IMG/VR virus record: IMGVR_UViG_3300032069_000208
Coordinates: 1 to 44,700 of that record
Source of the DNA: a virus
Lineage: Duplodnaviria; Caudoviricetes
Length of the DNA stretch: 44,700 bases
Strand: one strand, 5' to 3'
Position numbers and translations under genes: made by a program. Shown piece by piece: positions 37,277 through 44,700 of this stretch. A model generated the notes under the pieces. It did no database searches, was not told where the DNA came from, and saw nothing but the letters and a program-made list of their open reading frames with translations. How positions within the stretch are numbered: position 1 is the first letter of the stretch; each line of letters opens with the position of its first letter.

Positions 37277-37540
37277 ATGACGGACGGCATCCTGGTAGGC
37301 ATCGGAGGCACGGTCGGGGCGATCATCGTCGTGGGCCTCGCCTCGCTTGTAGCCCGGCAGTGGAGAAGCCCCAAGCGGATCGACCGCATCGAGCGGGTGC
37401 TTCCCGCGTTCGCCCGGGCCCTGCTTGCCCTGCTACAGGTTCACGTGGCCGAGGAGACTAATGGAGCCATCAAAGAGGCCGAGGATGAGCTTCGGCACAT
37501 ACTCACGGAGAGCGTGATCAGCCAAAGGGAGAGGAAATGA
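37277..37540 (+). CDS. Holin/antiholin-like membrane protein
   Basis: N-terminal TM ILVGIGGTVGAIIVVGLASLV; ATGA overlap with the endolysin. Confidence 0.55.
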   Translation: MTDGILVGIGGTVGAIIVVGLASLVARQWRSPKRIDRIERVLPAFARALLALLQVHVAEETNGAIKEAEDELRHILTESVISQRERK

Positions 37541-37971
37541 GCAAACGAATCGAGGACCTTGACCCGCTTGTCCAACCGAAGGCCCGGACGTTTCTTTCGC
37601 TGATCCCCATCCCCTACGTGGTAACCTCCACGCTGCGAACGCTGGAGGAACAGACGGCGCTGTACGCACAGGGGCGAAAACCCCTTGATGAGGTAAACGC
37701 GCTGCGCTCCCGGGCGGGGATGTATCTTTTGTCGGCCCCAGATAATACCTATACCGTCACCAATTGCGACGGGGTGCGATACAAAAGCAACCATCAGGGC
37801 GGGCGGGCGCTGGACGTAGTTCCCGCAAACGTGGCGGGAAACCCCATCTGGCCGCCGGCTACGGACCCACGTTGGGAGATCCTTGGCAAGTACGGCGAGG
37901 CGGCGGGCTTCTCATGGGGAGGCCGGTGGAACCCGCCAGATCTCCCCCACTACGAAATGGAGGGCATATGA
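37537..37971 (+). CDS. Endolysin, M15 family (L-Ala-D-Glu peptidase type)
   Basis: RTLEEQTALYAQGR..SNHQGGRALD..WGGRW..DLPHYE. Confidence 0.9.
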   Translation: MSKRIEDLDPLVQPKARTFLSLIPIPYVVTSTLRTLEEQTALYAQGRKPLDEVNALRSRAGMYLLSAPDNTYTVTNCDGVRYKSNHQGGRALDVVPANVAGNPIWPPATDPRWEILGKYGEAAGFSWGGRWNPPDLPHYEMEGI

Positions 37972-38198
37972 GGAGGACCGGTACGAAGTTCTGGCTCGCG
38001 GTCGGGGTCGAGGTGGCACTCCTTCTTGTCCTGCTTTTGATCGTGCTGGCGCTGCCGGACAAGTTCTCCGACGGCCTTTTCATCGCATGGCTGGGTGCGT
38101 TCGTAGCCGTTCCGACGCAGTTCGGCCTGACGAACGTCATCGCCAGCGGGCAGGCTGCCAAGAGTAACAGCAATGGCGCGGGTCTGCCGGGGAGCTAA
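37968..38198 (+). CDS. Two-TM holin candidate
   Basis: KFWLAVGVEVALLLVLLLIVLAL..GLFIAWLGAFVAV; coupled to the endolysin. Confidence 0.65.
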   Translation: MRRTGTKFWLAVGVEVALLLVLLLIVLALPDKFSDGLFIAWLGAFVAVPTQFGLTNVIASGQAAKSNSNGAGLPGS

Positions 38199-38335
38199 GG
38201 ATGAAAAGTTGGCGAGTCCGCATCAAAGCGGGTGATGGGCGTCCCCGGGTCTCTCGCCATGGCCCCTCCCGGTCGCGGGGAGCAGCGGTAGTCCTTCAGA
38301 TCGCCGAACTACTAGCATCATCAAGTGTAGTATAG

Positions 38336-38743
38336 ATGAGAGGGGTTGTCAAATATGCGGTTGTTTTCCTCGCGGGTGCTCTGTTTTGTGGCGTTCTTGT
38401 CTATCTCGCCCTTCAGTCTTCAAGCTCAAGACTCGCCTCTGAGCTTGCCACCGCTCGAACCGCTCTGGCAGACGCTATTGAAAGCAACAAGCGACTTGCC
38501 GACGCTAATCGACAGCTACACAGCGAACTGGACACTGCAAGTAGTCTCGCTTCAAAGCAACGTGTCACAATTGCAGACCTCAAACGACAGCTTGACGCAG
38601 CAGAACGCGGACTTAGAGATCTCGCTGCTTCGCTCTCGGGCGGACTTGGCGATCTCAGAGCAAGAGCAGAAGTTATCCGAGATATTGCTCAACGACTCTA
38701 TGCTGCATACAGAGGTAGCACAAAGGGAAGTCAAACGCCTTGA
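38336..38743 (+). CDS. i-spanin-like protein (N-terminal TM plus coiled coil)
   Basis: YAVVFLAGALFCGVLVYLAL then heptad repeats; in the lysis cassette. Confidence 0.6.
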   Translation: MRGVVKYAVVFLAGALFCGVLVYLALQSSSSRLASELATARTALADAIESNKRLADANRQLHSELDTASSLASKQRVTIADLKRQLDAAERGLRDLAASLSGGLGDLRARAEVIRDIAQRLYAAYRGSTKGSQTP

Positions 38744-38828
38744 AGCGCAGAATGCCTTGCTGAGATACGGTATGATCGGAGCGGTAGCCGTGACCGTGGT
38801 GTCGGTAGTGATCGCGGCTGTGAAGTGA
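38355..38828 (+). CDS. Overprinted spanin-partner-like protein (signal peptide, coiled coil, C-terminal TM)
   Basis: GAGAGGGG RBS; MRLFSSRVLCFVAFLSISPFSLQA|QD; LQSNVSQLQTSNDSLTQQN; YGMIGAVAVTVVSVVIAAVK. Confidence 0.6.
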   Translation: MRLFSSRVLCFVAFLSISPFSLQAQDSPLSLPPLEPLWQTLLKATSDLPTLIDSYTANWTLQVVSLQSNVSQLQTSNDSLTQQNADLEISLLRSRADLAISEQEQKLSEILLNDSMLHTEVAQREVKRLEAQNALLRYGMIGAVAVTVVSVVIAAVK

Positions 38829-38854
38829 CAGCCGTCCCCGGCGGCCCATCTTCG

Positions 38855-38896
38855 AGAAGGGCCAAGTCTCCCTGCGCGGGGCTTGGCCCTTCTTTC
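38855..38896. terminator. Hairpin between the convergent late and replication operons
   Basis: AGAAGGGCCAAG..CTTGGCCCTTCT 12-bp stem. Confidence 0.55.
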
Positions 38897-38984
38897 CCAG
38901 CCCGGGCTCTCGCCCCTATGGGATGGACCTAAAATAGAACATTTGGGAGATTGCGGTCAACCCCAGATTGGCCTAGGAGGCCCC

Positions 38985-39227
38985 TTAAAAACGGGGCACG
39001 GCATTATCCCCATTTTCCATGTGTTGAATACCGGCTTTGATCTTTTTGGGCCTTCCACGAGGCTTTCCAGTTGTCGGATGATGTGCTCCGAAGCTGTACT
39101 TTTCCTTCACCGAGAAGGCCGCGAACTTGACAAACTGTGAGAGTGTCAGCCCCCGGGATCTGGCATAGGCTTCAAACTCGGCTTTTTGCTCGGCGCTGTC
39201 AAAGGAAAACCTAACGGAGTTAGTCAT
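38985..39227 (-). CDS. Ribbon-helix-helix-like DNA-binding protein with AT-hook
   Basis: VRFSFDSAEQKAEFEAYARSRGLTLSQFVKFA; KPRGRPKK. Confidence 0.6.
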   Translation of the reverse strand: MTNSVRFSFDSAEQKAEFEAYARSRGLTLSQFVKFAAFSVKEKYSFGAHHPTTGKPRGRPKKIKAGIQHMENGDNAVPRF

Positions 39228-39675
39228 ACTTGGACGTCCGCTGCGCCCGGTCGGGTCTGGCGTGCCGCGGCCCCGTCTTCTGCACCTCCTTTTTCGCTGG
39301 CTCTCGGTAGCAGCGGATGCACTGGTGGACTTCAAGCAACCTCTCGGCCACCATGAACCGGGGAACCCCAGACCTCACCACCCTGCCATCCTCGTCAAGC
39401 TGGTCAGGTATCGAACACACCGGGCATTTCTTGTAGCAATAGCACCCCGGCTCGAAGTAGTCGAAGGTGGCGAACTGGTTCCTCACCTCCACCCTCTTGA
39501 AAGGCACGTCGCAGATCGGGCACTGGCCTCCCTTTCTCTCTAGTTCGAGCGCCAAGAGCTTCTGTACGTTGTTTCCCGCCTCCGCAAGGCACTTTCGATA
39601 ACCTGCCTCTACGTCTTCATCCGTGACGTGCGCGGATCTGGTCACCGCCTGGGCCGCTTTCGCGATCTCTTGCAC
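39220..39675 (-). CDS. Cys-rich replication-associated hypothetical protein
   Basis: CPIC, CYC, CPVC, CIRC; overlaps the initiator gene end. Confidence 0.65.
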   Translation of the reverse strand: MQEIAKAAQAVTRSAHVTDEDVEAGYRKCLAEAGNNVQKLLALELERKGGQCPICDVPFKRVEVRNQFATFDYFEPGCYCYKKCPVCSIPDQLDEDGRVVRSGVPRFMVAERLLEVHQCIRCYREPAKKEVQKTGPRHARPDRAQRTSKYD

Positions 39676-40447
39676 CGTCGAACCTCCGTTTCTTCTCCAA
39701 CAGCGAGTCCAGTACGCTGTGGAAAATGTTGTATCCCATGCCTGTTGCCCGCTCCTCCACGAAGGCCGGTGGGTACTCGAAGAACAGCCACGTCAGCTCT
39801 TTGAGGAGCGTTCCGCCCAGGCGGGCAATGTCCGCCTTGACGAGTTTCATAATCTTCCCGTCCCACGTGGGCTTCGCGCCCCCATAGTCGGTTTGGAACA
39901 AGCTTTGGTAGTAGTCGGTGAACGACCGAATCTCGGACTGCTTGGCAACCCGCTTTTCGGCTTTCTGAGCACTTTCCACGAGCTTTAGAATTGGGGGGGC
40001 GTCAGCCCCCAATGTATTATCTGTGTAATTAGTTGGAAGAGAAGATGGTATAGGTTCCCCATTTTCGGGCAATCCATTTCCCTTTTTTGTCAAATGGACT
40101 TCCGAATCCTGGAGAATCCATCTCTGCTCGTCGCAGAAGGCATACCAGAGAGTCCTGTCGTACCCCGCTTCGTTGAAGATCCCCGTCTGAATCACCTTCT
40201 GCTCGGTCAACTTTCCCAAGATGTATGCGATTTGTTTCTCCGTCCAGAAGGGAAGAAGCTCCGACCATGCCCGCACGCTGTTAAAGGTCCACCACCGGCC
40301 CTCTTTGTAGTGGCGTGAAGTTTTCTTCTCGACGAGATCCTCTGCCCTGTTCTTCCTGATCCAGTAGCGCAGGTGCTCAATGATAATTGCCTGTGGCACA
40401 CCGTACTGCTTGGCCACGTCCTCGTCGAAATGGTGCGTCCAACTCAT
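39617..40447 (-). CDS. Phage replication initiator (N-terminal winged helix)
   Basis: HHFDEDVAKQYGV..YWIRKN..GRWWTFNS..W..LPFW..KQI..FNEAGYDRTLWY; AGGAGG RBS. Confidence 0.8.
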   Translation of the reverse strand: MSWTHHFDEDVAKQYGVPQAIIIEHLRYWIRKNRAEDLVEKKTSRHYKEGRWWTFNSVRAWSELLPFWTEKQIAYILGKLTEQKVIQTGIFNEAGYDRTLWYAFCDEQRWILQDSEVHLTKKGNGLPENGEPIPSSLPTNYTDNTLGADAPPILKLVESAQKAEKRVAKQSEIRSFTDYYQSLFQTDYGGAKPTWDGKIMKLVKADIARLGGTLLKELTWLFFEYPPAFVEERATGMGYNIFHSVLDSLLEKKRRFDGARDRESGPGGDQIRARHG

Positions 40448-40451
40448 AATA

Positions 40452-40532
40452 AGGCCCCTCCTTGCTCGGGCTGGAGCGGCCGGAATGTGCCCTGGAAAGA
40501 CAGCACACCGGCCCCCGAGCAAGTTGGGGCCT
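40452..40532 (-). promoter_or_regulatory. Long 5'-UTR hairpin covering the initiator Shine-Dalgarno
   Basis: Nested pairs AGGCCCC/GGGGCCT, CTTGCTCGGG/CCCGAGCAAG, GGCCGG/CCGGCC, TGTGC/GCACA. Confidence 0.7.
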
Positions 40533-40543
40533 GTCACCTTTCC

Positions 40544-40614
40544 AGTCTACCGTGTCGCGCTCCAGCGCGTCAAGTGCAAGAGCGAATCTATCACGCCTGC
40601 ACCAGCTCTGTCAA
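40544..40614 (-). promoter_or_regulatory. Two tandem leftward sigma70-like promoters
   Basis: TTGACG-N18-TAGACT (40573..40544) and TTGACA-N18-TAGATT with TGn extension (40614..40585). Confidence 0.55.
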
Positions 40615-40686
40615 CCGGGGATGGCGAGCTACAAAAATGTAGGATGTCTACTTTTGTTTGTCATAAAAATTCTACACGCGAACAGA

Positions 40687-40714
40687 TTGACAGGCTGTAT
40701 ATTCTGTGAATAAT
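40687..40714 (+). promoter_or_regulatory. Rightward early promoter
   Basis: TTGACA-N16-AATAAT followed by a GGGAGGTG RBS. Confidence 0.6.
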
Positions 40715-40734
40715 ACGGGGAGGTGAGGATAAAG

Positions 40735-40893
40735 ATGACAGAGATACAGATGGCGCGGGTTCCGGTGCAGTGCATAGCGGACCCCAAGGAGTGGGAGATC
40801 ATCAAGGCGCGGTGCTTCCGACGTCGGCAGACAATAGGCAGGTTTTTGGTCGAGGCGGCGCTGGAAGCTATCCGGCGGGAGGAAAAGAAGTGA
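40735..40893 (+). CDS. Small ribbon-helix-helix-like regulator (52 aa, not in the ORF track)
   Basis: MTEIQMARVPVQCIADPKEWEIIKARCFRRRQTIGRFLVEAALEAIRREEKK; first gene after the promoter. Confidence 0.6.
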   Translation: MTEIQMARVPVQCIADPKEWEIIKARCFRRRQTIGRFLVEAALEAIRREEKK

Positions 40894-41066
40894 CCGACCG
40901 GCAGAAGCTCCTCGCGATGATTGAAGTTTTCGCGCACGACTACGAGGACAAGCCGCGCTCGACCACGATCCTGGAGAGCGGGATCAAGATCTTGTGGACC
41001 GAGGACGGGCAGATCAAGAGCATCGTGCGGAATGGCAGGTCGTATGGACCGGACGGACAGAGATGA
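40890..41066 (+). CDS. Hypothetical protein
   Basis: GTGA overlap, GGAGG RBS. Confidence 0.55.
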   Translation: MTDRQKLLAMIEVFAHDYEDKPRSTTILESGIKILWTEDGQIKSIVRNGRSYGPDGQR

Positions 41067-41116
41067 TGCCCTATTGGGAGACCCGCTCGTTTCGAGTGGG
41101 CAAAGAGGTAATCCGA

Positions 41117-41301
41117 TGAAGGTTTGTCAGTCGTCTGACTACGATGCCATGTATCCCGAGACGTTCCCGTGGAAGAGATGCACAGGCCAGATGAGAATCC
41201 TCGGCAAACTGATCGCCGAGGAGATCAAGCAGAGAGCGGAGCGCATCGAGAAATTGAGAGCCGTGCTGGCATACATCGCCGGTCTGGCGGAGGTGAAATG
41301 A
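41117..41301 (+). CDS. Hypothetical protein (start approximate)
   Basis: AGAGGT RBS; MKVCQSSDY..AEVK. Confidence 0.5.
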
Positions 41302-41477
41302 TGAAACCCGTATGTCCCGATTGCGGTGCCGACATGAGCGGCTACGTGGTATGCCCCTTGTGCGGCGGATACTCTGCGGTCATGGTTCCTGACAGGTGCT
41401 ACGGGTTCGACGGCTCGACGCATGTGCCCGGTGTCAAGGAGAGGAGGGTAGGCGAGTATGGCCGATTCATCGACTGA
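41298..41477 (+). CDS. Small zinc-finger protein (start approximate)
   Basis: GGAGGTG RBS; CPDCG..CPLCG. Confidence 0.55.
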   Translation: MMKPVCPDCGADMSGYVVCPLCGGYSAVMVPDRCYGFDGSTHVPGVKERRVGEYGRFID

Positions 41478-41742
41478 ACATACAGTGATCAAACGCATCT
41501 GCGCCAAGTGCAACAAAACTTTGGGGTACACTGATGGCCACGGGCAGAGTGGCATATCGCATGGCCTGTGCCCGGTGTGCAGGGATGAGACGCTGAGGGA
41601 TGCCGGCCTGGAGCCCGACGATTTGGAGCCCTCGCACTGGCCCGAGGACTGCACCAATCCCATGTGCGATGAGCCCATGTGCGTGCAGGTCCGTCAGTAT
41701 CGAACGATGGAGCGAATGTTCATGGAGGAGGACAAGCGATGA
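41458..41742 (+). CDS. Cys-rich hypothetical protein
   Basis: ICAKC..ISHGLCPVC. Confidence 0.65.
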   Translation: MADSSTEHTVIKRICAKCNKTLGYTDGHGQSGISHGLCPVCRDETLRDAGLEPDDLEPSHWPEDCTNPMCDEPMCVQVRQYRTMERMFMEEDKR

Positions 41743-42623
41743 AAACCAAGGCTAAGCGTGGCAGACCGCCGAAAGCGGCGGCTTTGATTGCTAAACCCAT
41801 AGCGGCTCCATCTAGGATCAGCGGAGAGACACTTTCAAAACTGGTCATTAAAGGAGACCTCTCAGGTCTCACTCCGCAAGAGACCATGGAATATTATCTG
41901 CGGTTTTGCGAACATCTCGGCCTCGATCCTGTTACCCGGCCGTTTGACCTACTGGTACTCAACGATAAGCGCATATTGTATGCTCACAAGGGATGTACTG
42001 ACCAACTACGGATGAAATACGGAGTGAGCGTCACTGATCTCAAAGGAGAAATGCTGAATGATTGCTACCGGGTAACCGCGATGGGCAGAGATCATAAGGG
42101 GCGCACCGATGCCGCGACCGGTGTTGTCAAGGTAAAGGGATTGACAGGAGACCAGTTTGCTAATGCCGTGATGAAAGCGGAGACCAAAGCCAAACGGCGT
42201 TTGACCCTATCGTTGTGCGGATTAGGGATGCTGGATGAAAGCGAGATCGAGACCATTCCTGGGGCAATAACGGTGGACTTGGGCGGAGAAGTGAAATCTG
42301 ATCCACCCGTGTATGATGTCGGTGATTCTGTTGACTCTGTTGTACAGCACGATCCCAACGATGCCGAGACCTGGCGATGGGTGAAGGTCGGAAAGGCTCC
42401 GCAAAGTTACTGGGCGAAGAAAGGAAACCGGGAGGCCCAGCAACTTGCTCTTGTTGCGGCTTTCGGGCCTGCGGTAGAATACAAGGTAGAGAAGACTGAC
42501 GAGGGATGGATGACATTCCGAAAACTCGGGGTGCCTGCGGAAGAAGGGCAGAAGGAATTGGACGCCATCGCAGAGAAGGCGTGGACGCCGGAAGTCGAAG
42601 GCCGCCAGCCGGGGCAGGACTGA
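41739..42623 (+). CDS. Single-strand annealing protein (Bet/RecT superfamily)
   Basis: GDLSGLT..CEHLGLDPVTRPF..NAVMKAETKAKRRLTLSLCGLGMLDESE. Confidence 0.75.
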   Translation: MKTKAKRGRPPKAAALIAKPIAAPSRISGETLSKLVIKGDLSGLTPQETMEYYLRFCEHLGLDPVTRPFDLLVLNDKRILYAHKGCTDQLRMKYGVSVTDLKGEMLNDCYRVTAMGRDHKGRTDAATGVVKVKGLTGDQFANAVMKAETKAKRRLTLSLCGLGMLDESEIETIPGAITVDLGGEVKSDPPVYDVGDSVDSVVQHDPNDAETWRWVKVGKAPQSYWAKKGNREAQQLALVAAFGPAVEYKVEKTDEGWMTFRKLGVPAEEGQKELDAIAEKAWTPEVEGRQPGQD

Positions 42624-43051
42624 TGTACATCATCCCCAACGCCGAGGTAATCTCTCTGAGCGACCGGTTGCTGTCGATCAGACTCCCCGCATTTGCCGTG
42701 GCATCGGTCGCTCTGCTTGTTGACAAGTGCAGACAACGGCATGGCGGGTTTGTAGCGCTTCGGATGGAGACGCCTCGCAAACCGCGAACTACGGGCCCGG
42801 GCTCACAATCGAATCACCTTCACGGCCATCTACAACAACTGGCCGAGCATACCGGTTACACCATGGGCGAGATCAAAGACGTAATGAAGGCAGATTTACC
42901 AGGATGGCCCTCTCATACGGTGATGCTCGGTGCGCGAGCCCATAGAGTCTACATGAGCGAGGCTGAGGCTGACACGGTGCTGGAGGCTTCGGCAATCGAG
43001 TGGACTCATATGCGTGCTGCGGAAATGGGCATTGTATTACTGGAGGAATGA
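42623..43051 (+). CDS. Hypothetical protein, possibly NinB/Orf-like
   Basis: KPRTT..QSNHLHG..QLAEHTGYT..IKDVMK; between the annealing protein and ninG. Confidence 0.5.
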   Translation: MYIIPNAEVISLSDRLLSIRLPAFAVASVALLVDKCRQRHGGFVALRMETPRKPRTTGPGSQSNHLHGHLQQLAEHTGYTMGEIKDVMKADLPGWPSHTVMLGARAHRVYMSEAEADTVLEASAIEWTHMRAAEMGIVLLEE

Positions 43052-43053
43052 GC

Positions 43054-43521
43054 ATGACTCCTATCGAGCGATCTATCCGTCGCAGCACCGGCTACGGAGA
43101 TGTATTCCGTCCTCAGCCGAAGTCCGTCAAGGGTGCTCACTGGAATCGCTCCATCCGCGCGGCTAGGTTGTATGCCAATCAGTGGGCGCGTGAATGGGTG
43201 AAGAGCCGGTATCCTCGCTGCGTGCCCTGCGGGAGCGACGTCAACCTTGAGTGGGCGCACGTGTTGTCCGGCAAAGGCGATGCGGTCCGGTGGGAGGAGC
43301 GCAATATGACCCGCCAGTGCACGCGATGCAATCAACTCCATGAAAGCCATCCCGAACATTTGGTTGCATGGTTCGTTCAGACGTATGGGCAATCTGCCTT
43401 AGCGGAACTCGTGGCAAAAGCGGAGACATTGCCGAAGTACACGTATTCTCAAATCATGGAGATCGGTGACAAGTATCGCAAGTTGTGCAAGCAGACCCCG
43501 GCCCGTATGGGCTCGGGATAG
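43054..43521 (+). CDS. ninG: NinG/Rap-like HNH recombination nuclease
   Basis: CVPCG..EWAH..AVRWEERNMTRQCTRCN. Confidence 0.75.
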   Translation: MTPIERSIRRSTGYGDVFRPQPKSVKGAHWNRSIRAARLYANQWAREWVKSRYPRCVPCGSDVNLEWAHVLSGKGDAVRWEERNMTRQCTRCNQLHESHPEHLVAWFVQTYGQSALAELVAKAETLPKYTYSQIMEIGDKYRKLCKQTPARMGSG

Positions 43522-43640
43522 ATCGGGGCAAGGAGGCCTGCGGGAAAGACAGGTACATGGTCGGGCTTAGGGCTCGGCGGTCTACTTCTTGCGCGGGCGG
43601 TCCGCTGGACTGGGCCGCCCGATTCCATGAGGAGGTGCAA

Positions 43641-43901
43641 ATGATTGCATGGCTTAGATATCTGTGGCGCGTGTTCCATTGGTGGTTTCGTTGCCTCTGG
43701 GAGGGGAAGATTGTCCCGAGAAAGTTGCCGGGCGCTCCATATTCTCGCGGCTACATGCGCAAGGCATGGAGGGATCGGTTGCGAAGTCTTGACCGTGATG
43801 TGAATGCGCGGAAAACATCCCATCCCCAGCGTGATGTCGCGTATCTTCTCTTGGACAGGCGAATGATGGTGATGAAACGTCGCCATTTCAGATTCGAGTA
43901 G
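43641..43901 (+). CDS. Basic Trp/Arg-rich hypothetical protein
   Basis: GAGGAGGT RBS. Confidence 0.55.
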   Translation: MIAWLRYLWRVFHWWFRCLWEGKIVPRKLPGAPYSRGYMRKAWRDRLRSLDRDVNARKTSHPQRDVAYLLLDRRMMVMKRRHFRFE

Positions 43902-43948
43902 AACCATGGCCATGACGCTATGGCGCGTAAGAATCCATAGGAGGTGAT

Positions 43949-44266
43949 ATGATGAGTAATGTGAATAGCATCATCATTGAGGGAACGGTGGATGACACGC
44001 CGGAAGTCCTCAGCGCAACGGAAGACAATCCCGCCGTCTGCAATTTCCGCTTGACCAGTCAGGGCACCAAACATACGACCATCCGTGTAGAAACCACAGG
44101 GCGCCTGGCCGAACTCTGTGGGGAATACTTAAAGAAGGGACGAGCGGTGCGCGTCGTGGGCCAAATTGCCAGTGCGGCGGACGGGATCTACATCGAAGGA
44201 GTGCACATGGAGTTCAGGCCGCAGCTTCCAAAGCCGGCGGAGGACAAGCAGACATGGGAGGCATGA
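43949..44266 (+). CDS. ssb: Single-stranded DNA-binding protein (short)
   Basis: NSIIIEG..PE..VCNFRL..LAELCGEYLKKGRAVRVVG. Confidence 0.85.
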   Translation: MMSNVNSIIIEGTVDDTPEVLSATEDNPAVCNFRLTSQGTKHTTIRVETTGRLAELCGEYLKKGRAVRVVGQIASAADGIYIEGVHMEFRPQLPKPAEDKQTWEA

Positions 44267-44421
44267 CACTTGCAGTTTTGCTTATAGCCGCTGGATGGGC
44301 CGCTCTTGTGCTTGCGTTCCTCGCCGTGGATGTGTTGAGGGAGCGCAGGCGCGAGCGCAAAGCCATGGGTAACTCGGTGACTCGGGATGTTCACACCATT
44401 TCAGGAGGGGGAAGCAATTGA
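44263..44421 (+). CDS. Small single-TM protein, paralogue of 593..727
   Basis: Nearly identical first 32 codons, different tail; stop overlaps the TTG of the pentapeptide gene. Confidence 0.65.
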   Translation: MTLAVLLIAAGWAALVLAFLAVDVLRERRRERKAMGNSVTRDVHTISGGGSN

Positions 44422-44700
44422 AAACATATACGGTCGACGAGATGAAGGAGATGTTGGCGGAACATGCGAAATGGATTCGCGGTGAGGGTGGATCCCGGGC
44501 CGACCTGCGCGAGGCCAACCTGAGCGAGGCCAACCTGAGCGAGGCCAACCTGAGCGAGGCCGACCTGAGCGAGGCCTACCTGAGCGGGGCCAACCTGCGC
44601 GGGGCCGACCTAAGCGGGGCCAACCTGAGCGAGGCCTACCTGAGCGGGGCCAACCTGCGCGGGGCCAACCTGCGCGGGGCCAACCTAAGCGGGGCCAACC
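44418..44700 (+). CDS. Pentapeptide-repeat protein, N-terminal part (continues into 1..596)
   Basis: TTG start after GGAGGGG; [40 protein letters not shown]. 283 nt to the end leaves one base (C) that forms CTG with bases 1-2. Confidence 0.88.
   Translation, partial: MKTYTVDEMKEMLAEHAKWIRGEGGSRADLREANLSEANLSEANLSEADLSEAYLSGANLRGADLSGANLSEAYLSGANLRGANLRGANLSGAN

Larger units (their letters stand above)
1..44700. mobile_element. Complete circularly permuted tailed dsDNA phage genome, podovirus-like, no integrase recognised
   Basis: Gene order terS-terL-portal-scaffold-capsid-adaptor-nozzle-ejection proteins-tailspike-lysis, with no tail tube or tape measure. The window end joins position 1 in frame inside one gene. 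Confidence 0.93.

Noticed and set aside
38199-38335. tRNA or structured ncRNA in the lysis cassette
   Set aside because: Only short stems (TGGCGAG/CTCGCCA, CATCA/TGATG), no cloverleaf or T-loop; a 44-aa ORF at 38201..38335 could equally fill the gap.

Overview
The window looks like one complete, circularly permuted tailed-phage genome of about 44.7 kb. A pentapeptide-repeat gene starting at 44418 continues in frame into position 1. The gene set is podovirus-like: terminases, portal, scaffold, major capsid, adaptor, nozzle, large ejection proteins, a beta-helix tailspike, a lysis cassette, a divergent replication/regulation region and an early recombination region. No integrase is recognisable. 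The main finding is a near-complete pseudaminic-acid-type (nonulosonic acid) pathway in two blocks. Block 1 holds a Maf/DUF115 transferase and PseB, PseC-like, PseI-like and PseH-like genes. Block 2 holds a PseA-type amidotransferase, a HisF-like protein, a Pse-associated methylase and an SpsF-type cytidylyltransferase, and sits between terL and the portal. Several virion proteins are very Ser/Thr-rich, which suggests phage-encoded, flagellin-style O-glycosylation of the virion (inference). Other oddities are a cytosine methyltransferase gene with an HNH nuclease and a third ORF nested in the other two forward frames, an early region built from cassettes with shared junction repeats, an overprinted spanin-like pair, and a long RBS-occluding hairpin ahead of the replication initiator. 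All family calls come from recognising motifs by eye; no database search was run.
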